Of a stretch of 64,000 bases of DNA, positions 1 to 13,218 are shown piece after piece. Each line of letters opens with the position of its first letter. The stretch's first letter is position 1. The DNA is taken from the NCBI GenBank assembly GCA_964016885.1, contig OZ024741.1:248372001-248436000 (forward strand), read 5' to 3'. Under the pieces are notes generated by a model. It was not told where the DNA came from and did not search any database. It saw only the letters and a program-made list of their open reading frames with translations. The stretch is from Eledone cirrhosa (taxonomy: Eukaryota). A program made the position numbers and the translations under genes.

Positions 1-419
1 ATTATTCTAAAGAGATTGCGCAATAGTGATTGCCTAAACACGAGATATGAATTCTTCACATGTTGTCCACACGTCTGGAAACACCTCTTACATAACTACA
101 AAGCTCCGGACTGAATTACAACAACATCCTAATTTTCTTATCAACCAGAAACTTTCGGACTTTCGCAGTTATCTCCCTTACACCTCTCGCACGCAATTTA
201 GTATTGCCTGTGTGAAGTGATCGTTTCTGCGCATGCGCGTTCGTACGGTTGTCCTTCCTGTTCCGTATAACCATGTCCATTACGAGCTGAAGATCCGCTA
301 AGGTGAAACAATTGTTCTCGGTATGGTGAACTAACTGTTATGTAACCACTTCTACCTAACTCGTCTCATGGACTGAGTGCTCTACCACTACGGATATTAC
401 CTTCCAGTGTTCTACCACT

Positions 420-420
<1 letters not shown>
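1..420 (+). mobile_element. 3' end of a Penelope-like element (GIY-YIG C-terminus + 3' UTR/pLTR)
   Basis: Frame 1 reads IILKRLRNSDCLNTRYEFFTCCPHVWKHLL, like the LNxxxE..xCxH end of the other PLE copies in the window; contains a hammerhead motif; ends in (TA)n. Confidence 0.7.
277..326 (+). ncRNA. Type I minimal hammerhead ribozyme
   Basis: cgag-CTGAAGA-tccgctaaggt-GAAA-caattg-T-T-ctcg; stem I cgag/ctcg extended by ccat/atgg; palindromic stem III ACAATTGT. Confidence 0.8.
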
Positions 421-803
<383 letters not shown>

Positions 804-897
804 AACAAAGGAATTGTGGTAAGGAACCAGATGGACCATAACACACCAGAGTACTCAATACTTAGGGTAGTAGAGTGGGAAATAGGAAAAAAGTATG

Positions 898-994
898 ACC
901 CCGACGGCAGAACTCAAGCCGTTTTGACGGCTATTTCTGGACTAAATTAGAATGTTTAGCCTGGTGAATAAATAGCCGAACTTTTCAAGGGGGT
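898..994 (-). ncRNA. Hammerhead ribozyme, U3-A8 variant, G12A (probably inactive) copy
   Basis: Reverse complement: cccc-TTGAAAA-long stem II-AAAA-cggc..gccg-TC-gggg. Confidence 0.7.
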
Positions 995-1699
995 ACTTCC
1001 TTATATGGGAAGATTGTAGTTGTCAAGAAGATTGGTTAACATTTATTGTAAACACAAATAAGTCTATCATGGCATTTGGTGGCAGGTAGGGGTGACTGAA
1101 CTTGCCTGTAGAACAATAGGGGAGTGAGTGGAGCGGTCAAGCAGCGTTGAAAGTGAAATATATACAGCAGTTTCTAAGGCTAGTGTATGAAGTGGAGGAG
1201 GGAGGTTATAGAATAGGTAAATCGAATGATAGTAGGAGACAATAAAAGATAATAGAAAGAAATAAAAAAATATATAAAATTAGATAGTGAGAAATTAATA
1301 AAAAAAATCACAATGCTATCTTACAATTACAGGTTAATAAGTTGAGAATAGAAAAAAACTTGTATAAATTGAGTAGTACCAGAAGTGATACAGAATTAAA
1401 GGGATTTAACACGTCTGCTATAAGTAGTTAGTAAAACGTATTCGGCCAATTCTATCTTAAAATTACAGGGATGGGGGAACTGATGCTACAGAGGCCCGGT
1501 GGGCTGTATCGGGGTAGGTGAAGGGGAAAAGCAGACGAGGAAGAAAATAGGGGGTGGAAAGAAACAGGGGGAAGAAGACAAAGAGGAAAAGAAAAGAAAA
1601 GAGATACATCTACCTAACTAAGCTGGGGTTTCCCCTAACTTATTCGGCAAGTAGGGGGTATCAGCCTTTGTCTACCCACCCGGGTCGTTATGGGGTTTG

Positions 1700-3095
1700 A
1701 GGGCGAGGTAAGTCCTACGCAATCTGTGTTTGCATGCGGTTACCAGTTCGTCTTTCTTGTTTAGGAGTTGGTCCTTCGAAAACAACATTTGTAATGTTTC
1801 CTCCGAGCATAAGTTACACCGACGGCGTCCTCCCGTATAAGAGTTAGCTTTGGACAGTAAGCTCCAAGTGAGATTGTAGGTTATATTATTATTTTGGAGG
1901 TCCCAAATGTGGCTCGAAAGTGTAGTGGCATGTCGCCGGACCGGTTTCGGAAAATATGTCGGTGTTGGTAGAGCCGGGTCTTGAAGTCACACACGATTAA
2001 TCCTATATTAGCTTTGTTAGAGGTGTCCGTCCTCGCGTTGTACTGGTAGATCACGTTACGTTCTCGGCATTTGTTGTTGAGGGGGCACGTAGATCTATCA
2101 GGGCAGTTACACCTCCTGGTCGGCTCTCCACTGATGTCTAGGTTATTTCTTCCATAGGGGTTGAGTTTTTTGTTGTTTGAGGAGACGATGTTTTGTGCGA
2201 AGTTAGGTGTGGTGCTGTAGGAGACTTTGATGGTGTTTTTGTTGATTATGTTGTGGTAGCGGTGTTGTAGTGGGAAGTGTTTTTCGAGGAGTCTAAAGAA
2301 GATTTTCCCGATAGGTGTTTCCACCTCGGCATTATGGGGAGGATTGAACCACGTTACGTTGCGTGAGCGGCGGTGTCGCCTGCTGGTTCCGCTAAGGGAA
2401 GCTGGATAAAAGGATATGTCCTCCCGGAAGCCTCTCCGCTTGAGGGCTTGGTTGTAATGAGGCGCGTGTTCTTCGAATATCTGCTCATTAGCGGACAAAC
2501 GAGATATGCGGAGGGAGATGTTTTTAACCAGGTTATTGGTGATGTTTCTAGGATGGTTAGAGCGGTGGTGGATGTAGTGCAGGTTGTCATTTGGTTTCCT
2601 GTATGGGTAGTACAGATCATTTTCGAGGTTAATTGTAACGTCCAGGAAATTGACTTGGGTTAGGGACGTTTGTAGGGTGATTTTAAATCCCCAGTCCCGG
2701 AAGAAGTTGATTAGTTGTTTATGAACCCGGTCTGTACTACTGGGGTTGTACCCTTTGAGGGTGAGGAGCCGATCATCCCGGTACAATCCACCGTCGAATG
2801 CAGGAAACATATCGGTGAGTTTAAATAGTAGGAATAATCCTATAAGATCTGTGACCTCGGCCGAATCCGTCGCGCCCACATTGACGTCGAAGGGGGAGTC
2901 GCATGCTCTTTTTATCCACTTAGAGTCTTCCTGGCGTGGAGAATGATATTTCTTTCCTGCTCAGTGATGGGTGTCAGTGTTTCGGCAAAGTAAAAGGCGG
3001 CCGTAAGGAGCGGTAAGGTAATAGATGCATAGTAACTCTCTATGTCAAACTGGATGAATTTTGTGTCTCGTTTGTCCTCCAGATTCCTGAACCAT
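1700..3095 (-). pseudogene. Penelope RT-GIY-YIG ORF remnant (frameshifted)
   Basis: ORF 1881..2879 plus flanking frames. Confidence 0.9.
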
Positions 3096-3585
3096 CGGGC
3101 CTCTGTAGCATCAGTTCCCCCACCCCTGTAATTTTAAGATAGAATTGGCCGAATACGTTTTACTAACTACTTATAGCAGACGTGTTAAACCCCTTTAATT
3201 CTGTATCACTTCTAGTACTACTCAATTTCTACAAGTTTTTTCTATTCTCAGCTTATTAACCTGTAATTGTGATTTTTTTTATTCATCTCTCACTATCTAA
3301 TTTTATATATTTTTTTATTTATTTCTATTATCTTTTATTGTCTCCTACTCTCATTCGATTTACCTATTCTATAACCCCGCTCCTCCACTTCATACACTAG
3401 CCTTAGAAACTGCTGTATACATTTCACTTTCAAAGCTGCTTGACCGCTCCACTCACTCCCCTATTGTTCTACAGGCAAGTTCAGTCACCCCTACCTGCCA
3501 CCAAATGCCATGATAGACTTATTTGTGTTTACAACAAATTTTAACCAATCCTGTTGACAACTACAATCTTCCCATATAAGGAAGT

Positions 3586-3682
3586 ACCCCCTTGAAAAGT
3601 TCGGCTATTTATTCACCAGGCTAAAAATTCTAATTTAGTCCAGAAATAGCCGTCGAAACGGCTTGAGCTCTGCCGTCGGGGT
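3586..3682 (+). ncRNA. Hammerhead ribozyme, U3-A8 core variant with extended stem II
   Basis: cccc-TTGAAAA-g..cggctattt..aaatagccg..c-GAAA-cggc ttgagctct gccg-TC-gggg; GUC site at 3675-3677. Confidence 0.8.
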
Positions 3683-3816
3683 CATACTTTTTCCTATAAA
3701 TATATATATGTATATATATAAATATATATATATGTATATATATATAAATATATATATATGTATGTATATATATATAAATATATATATATGTATGTATATA
3801 TATATATATATATATT

Positions 3817-6800
3817 AAGGGACCAAGATGGCCGCTGCTGACACCAGGCCAGGTGTCATACCGACAGCCATTGCTGGCACCCCAAAACTCACACCAGTGC
3901 TGCTGCTGAATGTCAGAGGCCTGGTGAAACTCACTAACATGAGTAAAATTTCCTACCTGGGAGACTTAGCCATAAGTAATCAAGCATTATGCATGGCACT
4001 AACCGAAACGCACCTGACAAGCAGTATAGCAGATGCAGAAATACATATATCGAAATATACTGTATTTCGTTCGGAGAGGAAGGTGAGAACTCATGGTGGG
4101 GCTGCTCTGTATATCCGTGAAGATGTCACACCAATTGTACTGTTGACACATTCAAACTCAATCTGTGACACACTGATAGTACATATGAAGCAACTAAAGA
4201 CACATATCGGCCGCCCGATGCCCCCAGTCATGAGGGTAAATTTGAGGATAGCCTCAGTAGGATAGAAGAGGTCCTTGACAAACTAGACCAGGGTCTCAAC
4301 ATTCTACTGCTGGGAGACTTCAACCTGCCAATGGTCAAATGGCCTGAGGGCCACCTCCTCCCTGGAATAACGTCAATAGAACAGAGACAGCCGGAATCCC
4401 ATGGAACAAGCAGTACTCCTCCCAACAAGAGGCGAAAATGTCCTGGACCTCTGTTTTACAAACAATAAAGTGCTCATCCACAATGTAAAGGTGACACCAA
4501 CAATTTTCTCGGATCATAACTTAGTAGAACTAATGATATGTGGTCCAAGAGAACCAACAGAGACACAACCATCAAGAAGCATCGGGATGTTATCCAGCCT
4601 TAATTTCTACAAGGCTAACTGGAAGAAGATCAAGAGAGAAATCCGGAAGCAAATATGGAGTGAAGACACCACTACACAAGATACCAACACACAATTTCAA
4701 CACTTCATGACAATGTTACACACTATATGGAAAAAGTTTGTCCCGGAGAAAAAAGCAAACAGACACAAAAATCTTATTCCCAGAGATAGGAAAATCCTCA
4801 TGAGACGTAGAACCAAGCTTTCGAACCAGTTGAATGCACAACAAGAAAACAAAAACAAGACGGAACCCTATTTGAAACGTGCACTACTTGACACCGAAAT
4901 TGCACTCAAACTTTCCCATGAAAATGAGAGGGCAAAAAAAGAAAGCAGGGCCATAGAAAATATTAAAACAAACCATAAGGCCTTTAAATTTGCAAAAGAA
5001 ACTGCCTCGGTACACTGCAAGATTGGGCCACTCTTCCATACAGACGGTTCATTAACCGAGAATCCCCAAGAGGTATGTGGTGAAATACTGAACGAACAGT
5101 ACAAAAGTGTGTTCACATGTCCACTGAGGCACATGCAAATAACAAAGCCAGAGGAGATCTTTGATGCCACAACACTACATAAAGAAATGGCAATCATCAA
5201 CCACATAGACATAACGGAGGAGGATGTGGTATATGCCATAGACGAAATTAGAACAGACTCAGCTGCTGGACCTGATGGATTCCCAGCAGTCCTCTTAAAA
5301 ACATGTAAGCGGGCCTTAGCAACTCCACTGAAGATGATCTTCAGAAGCTCCTTGGCTAGCGGTATACTACCCAGGGAGCTGAAAGAAGGCACAATATGCC
5401 CTATCCATAAAGGAGGTAGCAGAGCAGAGGCCAAAAACTATAGGCCAGTCTCCCTGACTTCGCATATCAATAAGGTCATGGAGCAAGTTGTCAGAAAGAA
5501 ACTGATCACTTTCCTTGAGGAAAATGACCGCCTGACTAGCACACAGCATGGTTTTCGCCCAGGAAGAAGCTGCCTTACACAGCTGCTACATCACTCCGAC
5601 TGGGTACTGAAACAACTGCTAGACAGCTCACATGTGGACGTGATATATCTTGACTTTGCGAAGGCCTTTGACAAGGTCGACAACGGAATGATATGTCACA
5701 AACTACACAGACACGGCATAACTGGAAAAGTAGGTGAGTGGCTGCATGACTTCTTAAAGGACAGAAGCCAGACAATCGCAGCAAAGGAAATATTAATAAC
5801 AAGTGGAGTGCCCCAAGGGACAGTCCTTGGACGACTACTGTTTTTTGGTGGCTCTCTCAGACATGCCCTCTGTAGTACATAAAACAACATCCCTCACTGG
5901 CGATGCTGAGGACACTAAGGTAGCACAGGCAATCAAAAACCCGGCTGACACTGACCTTTTACAACAAGATCTGGATGCCATATACAAATGGGCAGAAGAA
6001 AACAACTTGCAGTTTAATGCTGGCAAATTCTAAGCCCTACAATACAAACCTGCAAACACAAATACAGTACAACACAGTTACGCCAGACCAGGAGTGACCG
6101 ATATCTCTGTGTCAAAATCGATACGAGACCTGGGTATAGACATGAGCGATGATACATCTTTTTCCTCACACATCATGAAAGTGGCAACAATGTGCAGATG
6201 ACTCGCTGGCTGGATCTTGAGGACTTTCTGGACACGAGACCGAGACACCATGTTGATACTATGGAGGACATTTGTCCTAAGCCACCTGGACTATTGCTTC
6301 CAATTGTGGTCACCCCATAGTGTCAAACTAACCACGGAGCTTGAGGCAATCCACCAAAACTACACCAAGAGGATTGCCACAATGAAGGAGATAAGCTACT
6401 GGGAGAGGCTAAAAGAACTGAACCTCTACTCCTTGGAACGAAGACGGGAGAGATACGCAGTGATCTACATGTGGAAAATCCTGGAGAGACTAACACCAAA
6501 CTTTGGCATTGGGAGCTGGACCAACCGTCGAACAGGACATCACTGTGTGGTGCCAAAGGTCACGTCTTCCACATCTAGAATAAGGAGCAGATACTGTAAT
6601 AGCCTGGGATTGAAGGGCCCTCAACTCTTCAACAAGCTGCCGAAGGATCTGAGAGATCTGCATGGTGTGGGGGTGGATGTCTTCAAGAAACATCTCGACA
6701 CCTTGCTATCCAGGATCCCGGATGAGCCCACAGCAAGGCATGAGGAAAACCTAAGGGCAGCAGCAACAAACTCCCTCTTACACCAGTGGCCAACCAATAC

Positions 6801-6888
6801 AGGCTGGAGATAAAATGTGTAGCAACAAGGGCGTTGCCCCAGCATGGCCTCAGCCGGATGGCTGGAACAGGTAAAAGAGTAAAAGAGT
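3817..6888 (+). mobile_element. CR1-group (CR1/L2/Crack-like) LINE, ORF2 APE + RT, decayed
   Basis: APE motifs LLNVRGL, LTETHL, GDFN, SDH; RT motifs GPDG, NYRPVSLTS, QHGF, YLDFAKAFDKV, SGVPQGTVLG; C-terminal PDEP..TNSLLHQ; (GTAAAAGA)2 tail; lies inside (TA)n. Confidence 0.93.
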
Positions 6889-6928
6889 ATATAAATATAT
6901 ATATGTATATATATATATATATATAAAT

Positions 6929-6999
<71 letters not shown>

Positions 7000-7129
7000 C
7001 AATATATTAACAAATAGAAACTATATTTATAAAACCATATATATTTCATTATACATATTTCAAGGGCCACCAATATTTTGCTTGTTGTATCCCAACAAAT
7101 TAAATATAACCTCTACATATATATATATA

Positions 7130-7191
7130 TACGTCTAACCCATGCTAGCGTGGAAGAACGGACGTAAAACGGTGATGATGATGATGATGAT
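7130..7191 (+). mobile_element. 3' tail of RTE-type SINE ending in (GAT)n
   Basis: ccatgctagcgtggaa..ggacgtaaaacggtgatgatg; same family as 7468-7660, 8692-8805, 31552-31748. Confidence 0.7.
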
Positions 7192-7282
7192 GTATATATA
7201 TTTATGTATGTATATATGTATATATAAATATATATGTATATATATATGTATATAAATATATATATATATGTATATATATATA

Positions 7283-7331
<49 letters not shown>

Positions 7332-7348
7332 ATATATATATATATATG

Positions 7349-7393
<45 letters not shown>

Positions 7394-7467
7394 ATATATA
7401 TATGTATATATATATATATGTGTGTGTATATATATATATATATATATGTGTGTGTATATATATATAT

Positions 7468-7660
7468 ATCATCATCATCATCATCATCATCGTTTAACGT
7501 CCATTTTCCACGCTAGCATGGGTCTGGACGGGAATTGTCCCACTTGAGGCAAGATTGGTTGTCTTGCTCAGTTCTACGGCTGGATGTCTTTCCTAACACC
7601 AACCACATTTACAGTGTGGACTGGGAGGTATTTACCGTGTTACCTACACAGCCACATTAC
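7468..7660 (-). mobile_element. RTE-tailed SINE 3' part
   Basis: (CAT)n then cgtttaacgtccattttccacgctagcatggg; matches 31552-31748. Confidence 0.75.
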
Positions 7661-8360
7661 AGCATGGTCACAATACTTGTTAAAGGGTATGTCACTGTAC
7701 AGCTACAACTTCTGGCCTTATAATACAGACCATCCTGATATATAGTCATATAGGTTTTGTGAGCTGCAACTTGGCAGGCAGTTTTTTTATTGGTTAGTAA
7801 TGATTTCTAATAAATTCACTAACTTTATGTGGATGCCATCAGAACATTCTAACATACAGAAATAAATAGTTGATTATCGCAGGGTGCTTAAAAAGAAACA
7901 GTGAAGTATCATTATAAATGGGCAAAAAAGGGCTGGATTTCAGCTAGGTTAAAAGAATTTAATATATGCATGTACAAAAGATGACTGTATTCGTATAATT
8001 AAAAGTTAGTCCATTCAATAATATACAATCTGAATCTTCTTTAGTAGCTGAATAGTGAAGCTAAAACTATAATATTTCATGTAGGAGATGATTTACTGAA
8101 TAATATATACAGAAAATTTTAATGAATTGAAATGTTTCTTAGTTGGAGAAAGAAAACAGAAACCTAGTGGCAATTGTTAGTGACTCTCAGAGAATTTCAA
8201 TAAATCAAAAATTTTGACAGAAAATTTTATTTTCAAGCTAAGAGGGAAAATCTTATCTATTTTCAGGAGTGGCCTTTATCTACTTACCAAATAAATTTTG
8301 AAGGTCATCTTCTCTAACATTGTAAGGTGGTCCTGAATATTTTGTATATGTATATATATG

Positions 8361-8395
<35 letters not shown>

Positions 8396-8396
<1 letters not shown>

Positions 8397-8802
8397 TTTT
8401 ATAGTGGCACCAACATTAGGGAAGTTTCAAGGTAAATGTGTTTGAGAATAATAATAGGAGAGATGCTGGTTAAGATGTAACAAAGATGTATGATGAGTGT
8501 GATAGAGTGAAACAGAATGTTGTAAAGGAAAAGGAGAGAGTAATGTAGGAGAAAGTGAAGTGGTGCAGTGATGAGAATACAAATAAAGCTTATGAAACCT
8601 GTAAACCGCAAGGGAAAATCTATAGTTTGCATTACTTTATACATGTATATATGTATATATATAAATATATCATCATCATATATATATATATATCATCATC
8701 ATCATCATCATCATCAACGTTTAACGTCCGTGTTCCACGCTTGCATGGGTTTGGACGGGGGTAGTCCCACTTGAGGCAAGAGTGATTGTCTTGCTCGCAT
8801 AG

Positions 8803-8871
<69 letters not shown>

Positions 8872-8889
8872 ATATATATATAAATACAC

Positions 8890-8978
<89 letters not shown>

Positions 8979-9322
8979 ATATATATAAATGATGATAATA
9001 TATTTATATATATATATGATGATGTATATATATACGGTAAATACATATATACATGTATAAAGTAATGCAAACTATAGATTTTCCCTTGCGGTTTACAGGT
9101 TTCATGTCTTTTGGACATAAGCTTTATTTGTATTCTCATCACTGCACCACTTCACTTTCTCCTACATTACTCTCTCCTTTTCCTTTACAACATTCTGTTT
9201 CACTCTATCACACTCATCATACATCTTTGTTACATCTTAACCAGCATCTCTCCTATTATTATTCTCAAACACATTTACCTTGAAACAAAGCAACTTCCCT
9301 AATGTTGGTGCCACTATAAAAT
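8396..9322. repeat. About 300-bp inverted duplication (8396-8700 / 8988-9322) around a SINE tail and (TA)n
   Basis: Arms align as reverse complements; the left arm has two short deletions. Confidence 0.93.
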
Positions 9323-9439
9323 GCACTCAATATATTCCGTGAAATGATTGACATTCAACCTCTCTAGTACTCGTTCCACGGTAAAAGTCATCCAACTGTA
9401 GCAGCCATACCTAAAAAGGATACAAGGACTGTTCAGTTA

Positions 9440-9665
9440 TGTCATAGATAGAATAACCACCCTAGTGCTGGTGACAAAATAAAATACACCCAGTACATTT
9501 TGTAAAGTGGCTGGATTTACAAAGAACACCTAGCTGTAGAGACCAAGCCAAAACTGGAAGGTATATTGATGATACATGGCCTTTGACCTGTCTAAGAGAA
9601 CAGTTAGCTCCAATTGAGGACTGAATGAATCTATAAAGACTTGTCTGACCCATGCCAGCATAAAA
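9440..9665 (+). mobile_element. Degenerate RTE-tailed SINE
   Basis: gtgctggtgacaaaa..cacccagtaca..tgtaaagtgg..acccatgccagcat; similar pieces at 10010-10220, 13030-13520, 21880-22295. Confidence 0.6.
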
Positions 9666-9721
9666 AAAAAAGATATACAATGATGATATGTATTTTATGA
9701 ATGAATTAACATAGTATGAAA

Positions 9722-9907
9722 TAATTGTTTCTACTTTAGGCACAAGGCCAGCAATTACCCAGTGCATTACTGGTACTTTATTTTATCGACCCCGTAAGGA
9801 TGAAAGGCAAAGTCAACCTCGGCGGGATTTGAACTCAGATCGTAAAGGGACGTAACTATGCTGGAAAGCATGGCGTCCGACCCTCTACCAATACTGCCAA
9901 TCCACCA
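9722..9907 (-). mobile_element. tRNA-derived SINE with Meta-type core
   Basis: Pol III A/B boxes (ggattggcagtattggtagag; gagttcaaatccc) and core gcctttcatccttacggggtcgataaaataaagtaccag. Confidence 0.88.
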
Positions 9908-10703
9908 ACATAGTATGAAATAATATTAGACATAATACACATCACTATACCATGCTGATACATTTAAAATGTGTATGTGGCCCCTCTGCTATCACCCATA
10001 TATAATAGTAGTGTTAGGACCACAATAAAATACTCAATGCATTCTATAAAATGGTTAGGGTTAAAAAGGGTATCCAACCATACTAGAAATGGAACATACA
10101 AGCAATCATGGTTCCCCCAACCTATCTAGGAGGCCAATAGATGTGAATATGAACTGAACTGACTCAGGCTATGCTCCATCCTATCCATGCCAACATGAAA
10201 AGCAGACATAGAATGATATTGATAGCAAAACATCCAAATGACATTGTCATGAGTTATTATTACTCTTATCTCATTTCAAATATAAATATTTAGAGGTGCA
10301 TCAATCACTAATATATCAACAAGCCTCTTTCTTACATACCCACCTTCCCAGCTACTCCACTGATCTGATCTTGACAACATATAGCCTATTTACTATTTGT
10401 CTCTGACAATTATCTGCTCTGGTTACTAAATGCTTAATCCTGTCTATGTCATAGAGATAAGTTTTATTTCTTGCTGACACAGACTCACACCTCTGCCTTA
10501 GATTACTGTCAGGAATTTCTTGGTACCCTACATAGGGAATTGGGCATTCCAAAAACAACCAACGTTGTTATTCCCATTCACAGAAAACCTAAAATATTGA
10601 TTTTACTTGTTTCATGACTAATTACCTGATCATCAGAAGACAAACACCCTTATCCTTCTGTGTACAAAAGGAATTTATAGACAAATGCTATTTATATCAA
10701 ATA

Positions 10704-11145
10704 TTCTTTCTTCTTCGCTCACTTATACATGGGGGCAGTCCTCAAACACTCCCTCCATCAGGTCCTGTCAGAAGCAACCACCTCCAACTGATCCGGCTGG
10801 ATCCCCAAGCATGACCAGCTAAGCTCATGGATGTTATCCAACCATCTTGCTCTGTTGGTTTTGCCTATAAAATCTGTCCAGTGATTCTTTCCCGAAACAT
10901 TCTAACGACATGCCCGTAGTATCAGAGCTGTGATCTCTCAATTCGGAGAAGTAGCGGCTCTACCTGGAGTGACTCTCTGATCTCCGAGCTATGCACTTTA
11001 TTGAGTAACATTACTCCAAAGACCCTTCGGAGGAATCCTATTTCAGCCGTTTGTATTTGCGATTGTATTCTTTTGGTCATTACCCAAGATTCGTGACCAT
11101 AGGTAAGGGTTGGCACGAAAACCGAACTGAAGACAGCTATCTTTA
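10704..11145 (-). mobile_element. RTE LINE 3' end
   Basis: VFVPTLTYGHESWVMT..AEIGFLRRV..IERSQL; short (GAA) tail. Confidence 0.85.
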
Positions 11146-11408
11146 TCAAATGTGTTTTATTTAATTATATCTTCAGTGAATGCGCATTATGCAAATTAGA
11201 TTAGCCATTTTATTCAAGTTCTGGTTTGTGTTTAATATAGCAGACACAATTTACTATGCTTCAAAAAGAGCTCAAATGGGAGAAAAAATATATTCGTCAC
11301 CTCTGTCTGCCAAAGACTAAAGTATTCTTTCTCATTCACTGCATTACCTATTAGCTAAAAAGGGCAAATAAGACAAAAATATATATAAGTTATCATTGTG
11401 TCTGTTAA

Positions 11409-11612
11409 CCCTTTAGCATCTAAACTGGCTGTATCTGGCCAGAATTTTCTTACCTCTTTCTGTTCAAACTGGTCGTAACTGGCCACTCATATTGATGTGA
11501 AGGTATTGTTCTCAAACTAAATATCCAAATCTCATAGATTCGATATTATGTGAGATAAAGCCTTTACCATGAAAATACAATAGTAAATATAGAGTATTGT
11601 AAATGCTAAAGA
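11409..11612. mobile_element. piggyBac-type MITE (degenerate right end)
   Basis: TTAA-ccctttagcat ... atgctaaag; homologous to 14866-15069. Confidence 0.6.
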
Positions 11613-12387
11613 TGACACCATTCTCACAACATTACCTATACATAAGAAGGTCTGATAGGACAGAAACTTCTAGATGTCACCATTGTTTCTTTAGCTTAAT
11701 TCAGTATTATTAAAAAATATTTAGCTCACATTGATATAGCTGTATCCTTAATTAATTAATGCTTGCACTGTTAGTTTTAAATAGTTTACACACATAAATA
11801 TTTGATAAATTCTAATTTTATTCTCAATTGTTAAATACTAAAATTCTATGCAAATATAATACTTTTTTGAATTTACATACACACTGCTTTAATCTCTAAT
11901 TATTTTGCATGCTTTTTCAATAGTTTATTATAAATAATAATTTTTCTAACATGGCCAATGAAGTGTTTTACTGGGGTAGTGGAAGTGAAAAGTGTTAGTT
12001 ATCTAAATTGATTCCCATTACTTGTCTGGGTTTCATTTTATCAACCCAGGGAAAATATAAAATAATCTAGTCACTTGCACTATTTCAACACAAAACCTAA
12101 AAGAACATTACTAAATATATTGGGATGCCCTACCAATTCTTCAATAACTAAGGAGCCTGACCAAAATTTTGGTCAGGTTCCTTATCTTTAAGTTGCTTGA
12201 GATTTTATATATCTCTAGGGAACAATATTTTATCAACCCGTTAGAGATATGTATAAGATGTTCTATATATATGTTTTTCTGAATAAGATATCTTAACAAT
12301 CTTTTTTCATTGAGATATAATGTATATTCATGACAAATTTTAATTGTGTATAATTAATATATATGTATATGTATATATACATGCACA

Positions 12388-12626
12388 CAGTGCAACCTCA
12401 GTTCACAAACTTAATTTGTTCCTGAAGGCCGTTTTTCACCCAAAATGTTCGTAAACCGAAACTATTTTTCCTATACGAAATGTCAAGAGAGAGATTGTGT
12501 GTGAAAGACAAATAGATATCACCACAGTAACTAACTACACAACAAGTGACACTTTCCTGCCGATACACCCAGCTTCTTGCCAACCGTTTTTGCCAGCTTG
12601 CGTGTTTGTGAACCGAGGTTCCACTG
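12388..12626. mobile_element. Tigger/pogo-like MITE
   Basis: TIRs cagtgcaacctcagttcacaaac / gtttgtgaaccgaggttccactg. Confidence 0.8.
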
Positions 12627-12675
<49 letters not shown>

Positions 12676-13218
12676 TTGATGTCACAAATGTTACTATTTT
12701 CGTACACTTATTGCTATTCAAAATAGACAATTGAGATACCCTGTTTATATATTATATGCAGTGGAGCTTTGATAACAAACCCTTTTCCATTAATTTGGTA
12801 TTGAATAAAATCATATCAACATTTTCGATAGAAAAATAACAAATTAAAATCTAAGGTTACGAATGATCACTTGGATGTCTTGTGTGTTATATAGCATTAT
12901 TTCCATATGGTGTGGTGGTGGTGATGGGGATGTATCAAAACAAACTGGAAATAAATCAAATGGTAAATTTAAAGCAACCACAATGCTTTTAGTCTACCTC
13001 AAATTTCTGAGGTGGTGTGCAGCATTTAGATTTTTCTCTTTTTAATAATCTACCCGGTAAGGTGGTAGTAATGGCACCACAACAAATAGTACCCCGTAAG
13101 GTGCTGGTGTCACAACAAACAAGCACCATATACGGTGGTAGTGTCATAATAAAATACTTCCTGTACACACAATAACATAGTTGACATTAATAGCATCCTG
13201 ATGTAGAAACCAAACATA

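Larger units (their letters stand above)
804..3696 (-). mobile_element. 5'-truncated Penelope-like element with inverted pLTR copy
   Basis: Minus-strand RT motifs FIQFDIESYY, GATDSAEVTDLIG, GLYRDD; linker WFNPP/YSTT; CNC..CPL..C; degenerate GIY-YIG; 882-1499 is repeated inverted at 3096-3696; (TA)n on both sides. Confidence 0.92.

Noticed and set aside
9840-9907. tRNA-like A/B boxes here and at 13666, 25308, 48932, 57449
   Set aside because: SINE heads with no full cloverleaf
10601-10640. CTGATGA..GAAAC aa GTA on minus strand
   Set aside because: Core boxes present but stems I and II do not pair
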